A stretch of 64,000 nt of DNA from positions 352,001-416,000 of the forward strand of contig CAVPIB010000004.1 in the NCBI GenBank assembly GCA_963704885.1, given 5' to 3'. Positions 10,965 to 20,754 of the stretch are shown piece after piece. Source of the DNA: an uncultured Actinomycetes bacterium (lineage in GTDB: Bacteria > Actinomycetota > UBA4738 > HRBIN12). Made by a program: the position numbers and the translations under genes. The notes below the pieces were generated by a model. It saw only the letters and a program-made list of their open reading frames with translations. It was not told the origin of the DNA and searched no databases. Position 1 is the stretch's first letter. Every line of letters begins with the position of its first letter.

Positions 10965-12194
10965 TCACGGCTCGGCTTCTTCGCCCTCTCCCGACGGTTC
11001 GTAGTAGCGCGACCCTTGGAACCGCACCGGCCTGTACTCCTGGTCCACCTTGTGGCCCGGGAAGTCGTGAGGGTATTCGTACCCCTGCCCGTGCCCCAGG
11101 CGTTTCGCGCCGGGATACGACGCGTCGCGAAGATGCGTCGGCACGGGGTCGGCGCTCACAGCGTCTTCCATCGCCTTGGCGAGCGCGGTGTAGACGCTGT
11201 TCGACTTCGGGGCCCTGGCGAGGTAGATCGCCGCTTCGGCCAAGTTCAGTCTTGCCTCCGGGAGGCCGACGTGTTCGACCGCGTGGGCGGCGGCCGTCGC
11301 GATCAGGAGCGCTCGAGGGTCGGCCAGTCCGACGTCCTCCGACGCATGAACGATCATCCGCCGGGCGATGAACCGGGCGTCCTCGCCCGCCTCCAGCATC
11401 CGAGCCAGCCAGAACAGCGTGGCGTCGGGATCGGAACCGCGGATGCTCTTGATGAACGCGCTTATGACGTCGTAGTGGGCGTCGCCCTGCCGGTCGTAGA
11501 CGACCGCCTTCCGCTGGACGGCGTCCGCCGCCAGATCACGCGTGATCTCGGACTCGCCCGCCGCCTGGGCGGCAAGCGCAGCAGCCTCTAGCCCGGTAAG
11601 GGCTATGCGAGCGTCGCCTCCCGAGATCTCCGCCAGGTGGTCGAGCGCGTCGTCCATCGCGCCGACGCCGACCTTTCCCAGACCACGCTCGGCGTCTCCG
11701 AGAGCGCGCAGGAGCAGCGCCCGGAGGTCGTCCCTTGCGAGCGGTTCCAGTCGCAGTAGTAGGCATCTAGAGAGCAGCGGGGTGTTCAGCGAGAAGTACG
11801 GGTTCTCCGTCGTGGCGCCGATCAACGTGACCGTCCCCGATTCCACCGCAGGCAGCAGCACGTCCTGTTGCGCCTTCGACCAGCGATGGACCTCGTCCAC
11901 GAAGAGCACGGTTCGGAAGAGCCCGCCCTTCGCTCCCTCCATGACCTTGCGCGCATCGGCCACGCCCGACGAGGTGGCCGATAGCTGGATCAGGTCGGCG
12001 CTGACCGCGTCCGCGAGCAGGTGCGCGAGCGTGGTCTTGCCGGTTCCAGCAGGCCCCCACAGGATCAGAGACGGCAGGTTCCCGCCACCGACGAGCTTCG
12101 TGAGCGCCTTCCCCGGTCCCACCAGGTGAGCTTGGCCCGCGAACTCGTCGAACGTGCGGGGGCGCATCCGCGCGGCGAGCGGCTCGTGCCCCAT
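10965..12194 (-). CDS. rarA: Replication-associated recombination protein RarA/MgsA (AAA+)
   Basis: PLAARMRP, WGPAGTGKTT, FVDEVHR, GATTENP, HYDVISAFIKSIRGSDPD, PKSN, HLRD. Confidence 0.95.
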   Translation of the reverse strand: MGHEPLAARMRPRTFDEFAGQAHLVGPGKALTKLVGGGNLPSLILWGPAGTGKTTLAHLLADAVSADLIQLSATSSGVADARKVMEGAKGGLFRTVLFVDEVHRWSKAQQDVLLPAVESGTVTLIGATTENPYFSLNTPLLSRCLLLRLEPLARDDLRALLLRALGDAERGLGKVGVGAMDDALDHLAEISGGDARIALTGLEAAALAAQAAGESEITRDLAADAVQRKAVVYDRQGDAHYDVISAFIKSIRGSDPDATLFWLARMLEAGEDARFIARRMIVHASEDVGLADPRALLIATAAAHAVEHVGLPEARLNLAEAAIYLARAPKSNSVYTALAKAMEDAVSADPVPTHLRDASYPGAKRLGHGQGYEYPHDFPGHKVDQEYRPVRFQGSRYYEPSGEGEEAEP

Positions 12195-12198
12195 CGGC

Positions 12199-12597
12199 TC
12201 AGGTGAGCGGGAACGACACTAGGTCGGGCCGCATCTCCAGGATCAACCGCAGCTGTCCCTCCACGAGCTCCCAGGGCTCCGCTCGGTACTTGCGAGAGAG
12301 GAAGTCGATGTGTTCGTCTGCACCCTCGGTCACCATCCGCTCGATACGACCGCGGACGATCAATGGCGGCCACGGCTCCGCCGCGTCATGGCTCGAAACC
12401 ACGACCCGCGGGTCGCGGCGTAGGTTCCGCACCTTCCGGCGACCATCCACGGTGTTCAGAAGGATCAGATCTCGATCGGTGTCGACATCGACCCACATGG
12501 GTGCCAGGTGGGGCGAGCCATCGTCGTTCACGGTCGCCACGTAGGCGAGGTTGGCTCCCTGCAACAGCCGCACGGCATCTTCGGTGAGCTTCGGCAT
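12199..12597 (-). CDS. PPOX-class F420-dependent oxidoreductase (pyridoxamine 5'-phosphate oxidase-like)
   Basis: ATVNDDGSPHLAPMW, RRKVRNLRRDPRV. Confidence 0.85.
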   Translation of the reverse strand: MPKLTEDAVRLLQGANLAYVATVNDDGSPHLAPMWVDVDTDRDLILLNTVDGRRKVRNLRRDPRVVVSSHDAAEPWPPLIVRGRIERMVTEGADEHIDFLSRKYRAEPWELVEGQLRLILEMRPDLVSFPLT

Positions 12598-12601
12598 GAA
12601 C

Positions 12602-14380
12602 CTAGGCCTCCTCCTTCGGCTGCTGCGCGAGCTGGATCCCGAGCTCCCGCAGCTGCGTCATCGACGCTGGTGCCGGCGCGCCCGTGAGCGGATCCGCACC
12701 GGATTGGGCCTTCGGGAAGGCCGTCACGTCGCGGATCGCGTCCCTGCCCGCCATCAACATCACCAGCCGGTCGATCCCCATCGCTATGCCGCCATGCGGA
12801 GGGACCCCGTATCGGAACGCGGTCAGCAGGTGTCCGAACTTCTCCTGGATCTCGGCCTCGGACAACCCCAGCGCTTCGAAGATGCGGTGCTGCACGTCGG
12901 CCCGGTGGATCCGGATGCTGCCCCCGCCGACCTCGAAGCCGTTGAGGACAAGGTCGTAGCCGCGTGAGCGAGCGGTGGTCGGGTCTAGGTCGTCCGTCGC
13001 CGGCGCCGTGAAGGGATGGTGAGCCGAGGCCCACTTGTTCTCCTCGTCGCTCCACTCGAAGAGCGGGGGCTCGATCAGCCAGCAGAACGCCCACGTGTTC
13101 TCGGGGATCAGCGACAGGCGAACCGCGACCTCACGCCGGAGGCCGTCGAGCGCCACGTTCACGCGGTCGACCTTGTCGGCCACGATCGCTACCAGGTCGC
13201 CGGGTCGGGCTCCTGTGGCTTCACGGAGCCCTGCGATCTCCTGGGCGGACAGGTGTTTCTCGACCGGAGAGCGCACCCCTTCCTCCTCGACGACGAGCCA
13301 GACCAGACCGGCGGCGCCACGACCCTTCGCGTCCTGCACGAGCTGATCCAGCTCCTTGCGGGAGAGCGATCCACCCCCGGTGGCGGCGAGACCCTTGACC
13401 GCACCGCCCGATGCCAGCACCGACGCGAAGGCGTTGAAACCTGTGTGCGCGAAGACGGGCGCCAGGTCTACGAGCTCCATGCCGTACCTGAGGTCCGCCT
13501 TGTCCGACCCGAACCGGCCCGTCATCTCCTCCCATGTCATCCTCGGGAACGGCGTCGCGACCTCGGCTCCCTGCGTCTCGGCGACGATCCGCGCGTAGAG
13601 CGGCTCGATAACCGCGAACACATCGTCCTCGTCCACGAACGACATCTCGACGTCGAGCTGCGTGAACTCGAACGCGCGGTCGGCGCGCGGGGCCTCGTCT
13701 CTGAGGCATCGGACGATCTGGTAGTAGCGATCCTGACCGGCGACCATCAGCAGCTGTTTCAGCTGCTGCGGAGACTGCGGGAGTGCGTAGAACGTGCCCG
13801 GGGAGAGGCGGGACGGGACCAGGAAGTCGCGCGCGCCCTCGGGCGTGCTCCGGGTGAGCAGGGGTGTCTCCACCTCCAGGAAGCCGAGCGACTCCATGTG
13901 TTCACGGATCAGATGGTTGATCGTGTGGCGCAGGCGGAGAGTCCGGGTCATCTCAGGCCGCCTCAGGTCGAGGTACCGGTACTTCAACCGCAGATCCTCG
14001 CCTGCCTCGATCCGATCCTCGATCGGGAAGGGAGGCGTGTCGGTCTCTGACAAGATCTCGAGTCCGATCGCGGCGACCTCGACCTCACCGGTCTCGAGGT
14101 TCGGGTTCCGCATCCCGGCCGGACGCACGCGAACGGCGCCGGTCACTCGGACCACGTCCTCAGCACCCAGGTCCTGGGCAGCGGCATGCGCCTGCGGCGC
14201 GTCCTGCGGGTGGAACACCACTTGGATCGCACCCTCGCGATCGCGCAGATCGATGAACGTCACACCGCCATGGTCGCGGCGGTGCGCGACCCATCCGCAC
14301 AACGCGACTTCGGCGTCGGCGTCGCCGGCGCGTAGTTCACCACAAGCATGGGTTCGCATCGCCGTCCGCATCTGCGTCAT
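12602..14380 (-). CDS. aspS: Aspartate--tRNA ligase, probably non-discriminating Asp/Asn type
   Basis: RTHACGEL, RRDHGG (His typical of ND-AspRS), TPEGARDF, LPQSPQ, EFTQLD, HHPFT, GGGSIRIH, PPHGGIAMGIDR. Confidence 0.96.
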   Translation of the reverse strand: MTQMRTAMRTHACGELRAGDADAEVALCGWVAHRRDHGGVTFIDLRDREGAIQVVFHPQDAPQAHAAAQDLGAEDVVRVTGAVRVRPAGMRNPNLETGEVEVAAIGLEILSETDTPPFPIEDRIEAGEDLRLKYRYLDLRRPEMTRTLRLRHTINHLIREHMESLGFLEVETPLLTRSTPEGARDFLVPSRLSPGTFYALPQSPQQLKQLLMVAGQDRYYQIVRCLRDEAPRADRAFEFTQLDVEMSFVDEDDVFAVIEPLYARIVAETQGAEVATPFPRMTWEEMTGRFGSDKADLRYGMELVDLAPVFAHTGFNAFASVLASGGAVKGLAATGGGSLSRKELDQLVQDAKGRGAAGLVWLVVEEEGVRSPVEKHLSAQEIAGLREATGARPGDLVAIVADKVDRVNVALDGLRREVAVRLSLIPENTWAFCWLIEPPLFEWSDEENKWASAHHPFTAPATDDLDPTTARSRGYDLVLNGFEVGGGSIRIHRADVQHRIFEALGLSEAEIQEKFGHLLTAFRYGVPPHGGIAMGIDRLVMLMAGRDAIRDVTAFPKAQSGADPLTGAPAPASMTQLRELGIQLAQQPKEEA

Positions 14381-14381
14381 C

Positions 14382-15659
14382 TCACTCCACCCACCCGTCC
14401 AGGCGCGACAGCCAGTCCACTACGTCCCCTGCTGGCACCACCTTCTGAACGCCGTCTATCAGACGGCGCAGCGTCACGGTTCCGTCGGAGAGCTCGCGCT
14501 CCCCCAGGAGCGCGACGAAAACCGCCCCAGCGCGGTCGGCCATCTTCAGCTGGGCCTTCAGCGGTCGCTCCTCGTAGCTCGACATCGCCGCCAGACCTTC
14601 CTCCCTGAGCTCCGCGACGAGCTTCCGGCCGGCACCCTCCGTCTCGGGACCCCCGATCGCCACGACGAAGCAGTGCGGACCTCGAGGCGGCGGCAAGGGC
14701 ATCCCCTCGGCCTTCATGGCCAACAACACCCTGTCCAGACCCAAGGCGAACCCGACACCAGGCGTGGCCGGGCCGCCCAGCGCTTCCGCTAGGCCGTCGT
14801 AGCGCCCTCCGGCGTTGATGGTCGCCGCCTGCTCGGAAGGCATCGCGCTGGATACCCACTCGAACGTTGAGCGCGTGTAGTAGTCGAGGCCTCGAACCAG
14901 CCGCGGATCGAGCTGGTACGCGACGGCGGCATCGTCCAAGCCGCCGCGAACGGCCGTGAAGTGCGCCGCGCAGGCCTCGCACAGGTGGTCGGCGATCGTG
15001 GGCGCCGCCCGTACGAAGTCCTTCTGTCCATCGACCTTGCAGTCGAATACCCGAAGTGGGTTCTTAGCCAATCGCGTCTGGCAATCCTGATCCAGCCGAT
15101 CGCTGAACGGTTGGAGATAGGCGACCAACCGTTCCCTATAGGCGGGACGACAGGCGTCATCGCCGATCGAGTTCAGTCGGAGCACGACGTCGCGCAACCC
15201 TCGTTCACGCAAGAATCGGTCACCAACCACCATCACCTCGACGTCAGCGGCAGCACCCTCGGATCCGATGACCTCGATGCCCCACTGCCGGAACTCACGG
15301 AGGCGCCCCGCCTGTGGCCGCCCGTGACGGAACTCAGATCCCACGTAGTAGCCCTTGAACGGGAGCGGCAGCTCTTGGGCGTGCGTGAGGTAGGCGCGGA
15401 CCACCGATGCCGTGCTCTCCGGACGAAGCGTGACCGAGCGACCGCCCTTGTCCTCGAACGTGTACATCTCCTTCGTCACGACGTCCGAGGTGTCTCCCGA
15501 CGTCCGCGCGAAGAGCTCCGTGTGCTCGAACATCGGCGTCTCGACGTAGCGGAAGCCGAAGAGCCCGGCGATGCGGTGTGCCTCCTCGTAGAGGCCGAGC
15601 ATCGCGTCGGCCTGATCAGGAAGCAGATCCTGGGTCCCTCGGGGCGGCGCGAGCTCCAT
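14382..15659 (-). CDS. hisS: Histidine--tRNA ligase
   Basis: PRGTQD, KEMYTF, LRPESTA, RPQAGRLREF, LVRGLDYY, GGRYDGL. Confidence 0.97.
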   Translation of the reverse strand: MELAPPRGTQDLLPDQADAMLGLYEEAHRIAGLFGFRYVETPMFEHTELFARTSGDTSDVVTKEMYTFEDKGGRSVTLRPESTASVVRAYLTHAQELPLPFKGYYVGSEFRHGRPQAGRLREFRQWGIEVIGSEGAAADVEVMVVGDRFLRERGLRDVVLRLNSIGDDACRPAYRERLVAYLQPFSDRLDQDCQTRLAKNPLRVFDCKVDGQKDFVRAAPTIADHLCEACAAHFTAVRGGLDDAAVAYQLDPRLVRGLDYYTRSTFEWVSSAMPSEQAATINAGGRYDGLAEALGGPATPGVGFALGLDRVLLAMKAEGMPLPPPRGPHCFVVAIGGPETEGAGRKLVAELREEGLAAMSSYEERPLKAQLKMADRAGAVFVALLGERELSDGTVTLRRLIDGVQKVVPAGDVVDWLSRLDGWVE

Positions 15660-16279
15660 CAGCTGACACTCTTCAGGAACGGGTTCGTCGCACGTTCATG
15701 TCCGACGGTCGTCTCCGGGCCGTGACCCGGCCACACCGGCAGCTCGTCGGGCAGCTCGAGGAACCTCTTCAGGCTATCAGTCATGTCCGATGGCGAGGAA
15801 TTCGCGAAGTCGGAACGGCCGATGGACCCCGCGAACACCAGGTCGCCCGAGAGCACCATCGCGTCGGTGCGGAAGCAACAATGCCCTGGCGTGTGCCCCG
15901 GCGTGTGCTGCACCTCCAGCCGAAAGCCGGCGAACTCCAGCACGTCGCCGTCGGCGATCGTCCGGAGATCCTTCACCTCGGCGAGAGGGTTCGCGAAACC
16001 GGGGTTCCACGCCTCCGGATCCGAGAACGCTACGGCGTCCGCCTCGTGTACGAACACGGGAACCTCGTCGCCCGCGAACACGCCCGCCGACGTCGCGTGG
16101 TCCACATGGGCGTGCGTGAGCAGGACGGCCGCGGGGCGCTTGCCAGCCCTGTCCAGGAGGCTTCGAACCCGTTCCGGCTCGAACCCTGGATCGACCACGA
16201 CCGCCTCCTGACTCCCCTCGGCCGCCAGGAGCCAACAGTTGGTCCCGTAAGGGTTGTCATCGAACAGGTCGCGCCACAT
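15659..16279 (-). CDS. MBL-fold metallo-hydrolase (glyoxalase II-like)
   Basis: NCW, VDPG, THAHVDH, HTPGHTPG, SGDLVF, PGHGP. Start at ATG 16279. Confidence 0.9.
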   Translation of the reverse strand: MWRDLFDDNPYGTNCWLLAAEGSQEAVVVDPGFEPERVRSLLDRAGKRPAAVLLTHAHVDHATSAGVFAGDEVPVFVHEADAVAFSDPEAWNPGFANPLAEVKDLRTIADGDVLEFAGFRLEVQHTPGHTPGHCCFRTDAMVLSGDLVFAGSIGRSDFANSSPSDMTDSLKRFLELPDELPVWPGHGPETTVGHERATNPFLKSVS

Positions 16280-16341
16280 GAGGCGGTCATGGTACCCAGC
16301 GTCCTCCCCGACCGGCTCCGAGATAGCCACCCCCGCGGCGA

Positions 16342-16788
16342 TCAGCCGGGGTCGCCGTCCAGGACCAGCGTGAACGGGCCGTCGTTCGACAGCTCCACGT
16401 CCATGTGGGCGCCGAACTCCCCTCGGCTGACGATCACTCCGCGGGCCTGCAGTCCGTCGGCGAATGCCGCCACGCGCTCGGCGGCAACCTCCGGGGGCGC
16501 CGCGTCGATCCACGAGGGTCGTCGTCCCTTGCGCGTGTCGGCATAGAGGGTGAACTGCGACACCACTAGGATCTGACCGCCCACCTCGCCGATCGCCAGG
16601 TTCGTCTTGCCCTGATCGTCGGGGAACAGGCGCAGGTTCACGATCTTCTCGGCCATCCGATCGGCCTCTGTCGGGGCGTCGCCGGCGCCGATCCCCACGA
16701 GCAGCACGTATCCGCGCTCGATCGAGGCGATCGGTTCGCCGTCGACCGTCACCGACGCCCGGCGGACGCGCTGCAGCACGACACGCAT
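16342..16788 (-). CDS. dtd: D-aminoacyl-tRNA deacylase
   Basis: MRVVLQRV, VSQFTL, KGRRPS, FGAHM, NDGPFT. Confidence 0.95.
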   Translation of the reverse strand: MRVVLQRVRRASVTVDGEPIASIERGYVLLVGIGAGDAPTEADRMAEKIVNLRLFPDDQGKTNLAIGEVGGQILVVSQFTLYADTRKGRRPSWIDAAPPEVAAERVAAFADGLQARGVIVSRGEFGAHMDVELSNDGPFTLVLDGDPG

Positions 16789-16789
16789 G

Positions 16790-19039
16790 TCAACTTGGAA
16801 CGACGCGATACGCGTCGAAGACACCTTCCACGCGCTTGACGGCCGACAGCACGCTCGACAGGTGCGCGATGTCCGCCAACTCGAACGTGAATCGCAACCG
16901 GGTGATGCGATCGCGCCCGGTTGCCGAGGTTGCGGACAGGATGTTGACGTGATTGTCGGACAGCATGGTGGCCACGTCCGACAGAAGGCGGGTGCGGTCC
17001 AACGCCTCGACCATGACGGCCACGATGAACGATGTCGGCTTCCCTTCGGCCCAGGTGACCTCGATCAGCCGTTCGGGCTCCTGACGGAGGGTCCGGACGT
17101 TGGGGCAGTCGATCCGGTGGACCGAGACTCCTTGGCCGCGCGTCACGAAACCCATGATCTCGTCCCCCGGCACAGGCGTGCAGCAACGACCCAGGCGCAC
17201 CCAGACGTCGGGGAGCCCGCGAACCATCACACCCTGTCCGACCTCAGCCTGCTTGCCCAGGCGGACCGGTCGAGCTAGTGGAACCTCGGTGACGTCTTCC
17301 TCCGTCGCGTCGCTCAGCAGGCGGGTCAACCTGGCCACGATCGACTGCGGCGACACGTGGCCCTCCCCCACAGCCACGTAGAGCGAGTCCAGGTCCGGGT
17401 ACTTGAGCTCCTCGGTGGCGAGCTGCGCGAGCGTATCCTCGGTAGCCAACCGCTTGAACGGCAGGTTCTGCCTTCGCATCAGGCGCTGCAGCGCGTCGCG
17501 CCCATGGTCCAAGGCGTCCTCGCGCCGGCCGCGCGCGAACCACTGCCTGATCTTGGAGCGGGCACGCGGGGTCTTCACGAACTGGAGCCAGTCTTGGGAC
17601 GGACCCTCGCCCTGCGCCTTAGAGGTCAAGATCTCGACGCTGTCACCGGTTCGCAACTCGTAGTCGAGCGGTACGAGCTTGCCCCCGACCTTGGCTCCGA
17701 TCGTGCGATGCCCCACCTCGGTGTGGATGGCGTATGAGAAGTCGACGGGCGTGGCGCCGGCCGGCAGGTTCACCACGTCACCCCGCGGGGTGAAGACGAA
17801 GACCTGGCCTCCGTAGAGGTCGATCTTCAGCCCTTCCATGAACTCGCGGGGATCGGCCATGTCCTTCAACCACTCCATCATCTGGCCCAGCCACGCGAGG
17901 TCGGCAGCCTCCCTTGCCTGCTTGCCGCCCTCCTTGTAACGCCAGTGCGCCGCGATCCCGAACTGCGCGGTCCGATGCATCTCGCGCGTACGGACCTGGA
18001 TCTCCAGGGGCTTCCCGCCGGGACCCACGACGGTCGTATGCAGCGACTGGTACATGTTCGACTTGGGCATGGCGATGTAGTCCTTGAACCGGCCGGGGAT
18101 CGGACGCCACAGGGCGTGGATCGCTCCCAACGCCCCGTAGCAATCGCGGAGGTTGTCGACCTGGATCCGCACACCCACCAGGTCGTAGATCTCGTTGAAC
18201 TCCTTGCCGCGGATCACCATCTTCTCGTAGATGGAATACAGGTGTTTCGGGCGGCCCTCGACCTCAGCCTTGATCCCGAGTCCTTTGAGTTTGGCCCGGA
18301 GCGAGGACGTAACGTCGTTGATCAGCGATTGCCGCTCGCCCCGGCGCGCCTCGACCAGGCTCGCGATCTCGCGGTACGGACCCGGGTGCAGCGTCTTGAA
18401 CGAAAGATCCTCGAGCTCCCACTTCACCTCTTGCACGCCCAGGCGGTTGGCGAGAGGGGCGTAGATCTCCAGCGTCTCGGTGGCGATCCGGCGCTGCTTG
18501 TCCGGGGCCAGCACGGACAGGGTTCGCATGTTGTGGAGACGGTCCGCCAGCTTGATGAGCAGCACACGGATGTCTCCCGCCATGGCCACGATCATCTTGC
18601 GGACGTTCTCCGCCTGCTCCTGCTCGCGGCTCTTGTACTCGATCCGCTCGAGCTTGGTGAGGCCGTCGACGATGCGCGCGACCTCCTCGCCGAAGTCCTC
18701 CTGGATCGACCCGAGCGTCACGTCGGTGTCCTCCACGATGTCGTGAAGGAGGGCGGCCGTGATGGTGGTGGTGTCCAGATGAAGGTCCGCCAAGATCGTG
18801 GCAACCGCCACGGGGTGTTCGATGAAGTCCCCGCCGGAGATCCGCTTCTGTCCCTCGTGAGACAGCTCTGCGAGCGCGTAAGCGCGTTGGATCTCCTTGA
18901 GGTCGGCCTTTGGGTTGTATCCCCGGATCGTCTTGATCAGTGACTCGATACGCGCGGGAGTGCGCGGCTCACCGGGCCGCAGCCTCGACAACAGTCCGCC
19001 ACGTCGTTGCTCGGCCTCGACCTGTTCACGGCTGTCCAC
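16790..19039 (-). CDS. rel: Bifunctional (p)ppGpp synthetase/hydrolase Rel
   Basis: HD motif LLHDIVEDT, KLADRLHNMRT, RFKDYIAMPKSNMYQSLHT, TGS domain, CCTPVPGD, C-terminal ACT domain. Confidence 0.97.
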   Translation of the reverse strand: MDSREQVEAEQRRGGLLSRLRPGEPRTPARIESLIKTIRGYNPKADLKEIQRAYALAELSHEGQKRISGGDFIEHPVAVATILADLHLDTTTITAALLHDIVEDTDVTLGSIQEDFGEEVARIVDGLTKLERIEYKSREQEQAENVRKMIVAMAGDIRVLLIKLADRLHNMRTLSVLAPDKQRRIATETLEIYAPLANRLGVQEVKWELEDLSFKTLHPGPYREIASLVEARRGERQSLINDVTSSLRAKLKGLGIKAEVEGRPKHLYSIYEKMVIRGKEFNEIYDLVGVRIQVDNLRDCYGALGAIHALWRPIPGRFKDYIAMPKSNMYQSLHTTVVGPGGKPLEIQVRTREMHRTAQFGIAAHWRYKEGGKQAREAADLAWLGQMMEWLKDMADPREFMEGLKIDLYGGQVFVFTPRGDVVNLPAGATPVDFSYAIHTEVGHRTIGAKVGGKLVPLDYELRTGDSVEILTSKAQGEGPSQDWLQFVKTPRARSKIRQWFARGRREDALDHGRDALQRLMRRQNLPFKRLATEDTLAQLATEELKYPDLDSLYVAVGEGHVSPQSIVARLTRLLSDATEEDVTEVPLARPVRLGKQAEVGQGVMVRGLPDVWVRLGRCCTPVPGDEIMGFVTRGQGVSVHRIDCPNVRTLRQEPERLIEVTWAEGKPTSFIVAVMVEALDRTRLLSDVATMLSDNHVNILSATSATGRDRITRLRFTFELADIAHLSSVLSAVKRVEGVFDAYRVVPS

Positions 19040-19087
19040 GCCTCGCCTCCTGAAGGCCAGTCTAGCTGTGAGGTGCTGCGGAGGAGG

Positions 19088-19618
19088 TCAGTAGTGGATC
19101 AGCGTGAACAGGTCGTGCCCCGCGACCTTCTCGCGGCCCTTCAGGAAATCGAGCTCGATCAAACAGGCGATCCCGCACACCTTGCCGCCGATCCGTTCTA
19201 CGAGCGACGCGGCGGCCTTCGCCGTTCCGCCGGTTGCCAGCACGTCGTCGACGACCAGGACCCGCTCTCCGGGGCGCACGGCGTCGCGGTGCAGTTCGAG
19301 CGTGGCGGTCCCGTACTCCAGGGTGTACTCCTCGGCCACGGTGGTCCAAGGGAGCTTGCCTTGCTTGCGGACCGGCACGACGCCGGCGCCGAAGTGATAG
19401 GCGACCGGCGCCGCCAGGATGAACCCTCGCGCTTCGATGCCCACGACCTTGTCGACGTTGCCCCTGCCGAAGTGCACCACGATCAGGTCGATGATCGTGG
19501 AGAACGCGATCGGATCCGCCAACACCGGCGTGATGTCCTTGTACACGATCCCGGGCTCGGGGAAGTCCGGAACGTCGCGGATGAGCGCCTGGATCGCTTG
19601 GATGTCCATCCGGGTCAC
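19088..19618 (-). CDS. apt: Adenine phosphoribosyltransferase
   Basis: PDFPEPGI.YKDITP, GIEARGF, RKQGKLP, LEYG, VDDVLATGGT. Start may be ATG 19609. Confidence 0.96.
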   Translation of the reverse strand: MTRMDIQAIQALIRDVPDFPEPGIVYKDITPVLADPIAFSTIIDLIVVHFGRGNVDKVVGIEARGFILAAPVAYHFGAGVVPVRKQGKLPWTTVAEEYTLEYGTATLELHRDAVRPGERVLVVDDVLATGGTAKAAASLVERIGGKVCGIACLIELDFLKGREKVAGHDLFTLIHY

Positions 19619-20754
19619 CTGCGCTTGCGCTTGGCCGGCGGTTTCCGCTTGCTCTTCGGCCGGGGTCGCGACGGGCCGCCCGTTCGCGCTGTGGTCCGGG
19701 TGGCCGCGGCTGCACTAGCGGCCGCGGGAACCGTAACAGCCTCCTCGCGCTCCTCGTCATGCTCGGGGGCCTGCGCGGCTTTCGTCGGCCTTTGACCACG
19801 GGTGTCGCGTACCTGCCTCCTGGCCTCCATCTGCCGGTAGCGGTCTTCTCTGCCCTTCAGGACCGTCAGGACCGGAGCCGCGACGAATATGGAGGAGTAG
19901 GTGCCGATGGTCACCCCGACGAACATCGCGAAAGCGAAGTCCTTCAGCGTGTCGCCACCGATGAACAGGAGCGAGAGGATCGGGAGCAGCACCACGAGCG
20001 ACGTGTTCACCGATCGCATCAAGACCTGGTTCAGCGAGTGATTGACCGTTCCGTCGTACCCGAGCCGCGTCACCATGGCCGAGGTCTCGGTGTTCTCCTT
20101 GATCTTGTCGTAGATCACGACGGTGTCGTACAGCGAGAACCCGAGGATGGTGAGGATGGCGATCACGGTGGCGGGGGTCACCTGACGTCCCACCAACGCG
20201 TAAAGGCCGGCCGTGATCACGACGTCGTGGACGAGGGCGACCATCGCCCCGAAGGCCATCTTCCATTCGAACCTGACCGAGATGTAGAGCGCGATCGCCA
20301 GCAGCACGATGAAGAGGCCGGACAACGCCTTCCTTGAGATCTCGCGACCCCACGTGGGCCCGACGTCCTGCTGACTGATGTCCGCCCTCGGGATCCCGGC
20401 CTGCTCGGCCAACGCGTCGAGCACCGCGTCGCCGCCATCAGCGTCGTCGGTGAGCGTCGAGGTCCGGATCACGATCGTGTCGCCGTTCGCGATCTGCACC
20501 TCGGAATCCGAGTGCCCGTTGTCGGAAAGGACGCCGCTGACGTCTTGCACGGTTAGGGCGGTCGTGAAGGTGTACTGCAGTTGGGCGCCGCCCTCGAAAT
20601 CGATCGACAGGTTGAACTGCTTGAACAGCAGCCCGATCAGAGACAGGACGATGAGCACGCCGGAGAACGCGAACCAGGCGTTGCGACGATCGATGAATCG
20701 GAACCTCGGGATCGTATGACCGCGGTAGGTCGCGACGGCGTGATGGAGGTTCAC
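19615..20754 (-). CDS. secF: Protein translocase subunit SecF
   Basis: SIDFEGG, VGPTWG, RFEW, HDV, GFSLYDTVVIYDKIKEN, RSVNTS, GTYSSIFVA. Confidence 0.96.
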   Translation of the reverse strand: MNLHHAVATYRGHTIPRFRFIDRRNAWFAFSGVLIVLSLIGLLFKQFNLSIDFEGGAQLQYTFTTALTVQDVSGVLSDNGHSDSEVQIANGDTIVIRTSTLTDDADGGDAVLDALAEQAGIPRADISQQDVGPTWGREISRKALSGLFIVLLAIALYISVRFEWKMAFGAMVALVHDVVITAGLYALVGRQVTPATVIAILTILGFSLYDTVVIYDKIKENTETSAMVTRLGYDGTVNHSLNQVLMRSVNTSLVVLLPILSLLFIGGDTLKDFAFAMFVGVTIGTYSSIFVAAPVLTVLKGREDRYRQMEARRQVRDTRGQRPTKAAQAPEHDEEREEAVTVPAAASAAAATRTTARTGGPSRPRPKSKRKPPAKRKRR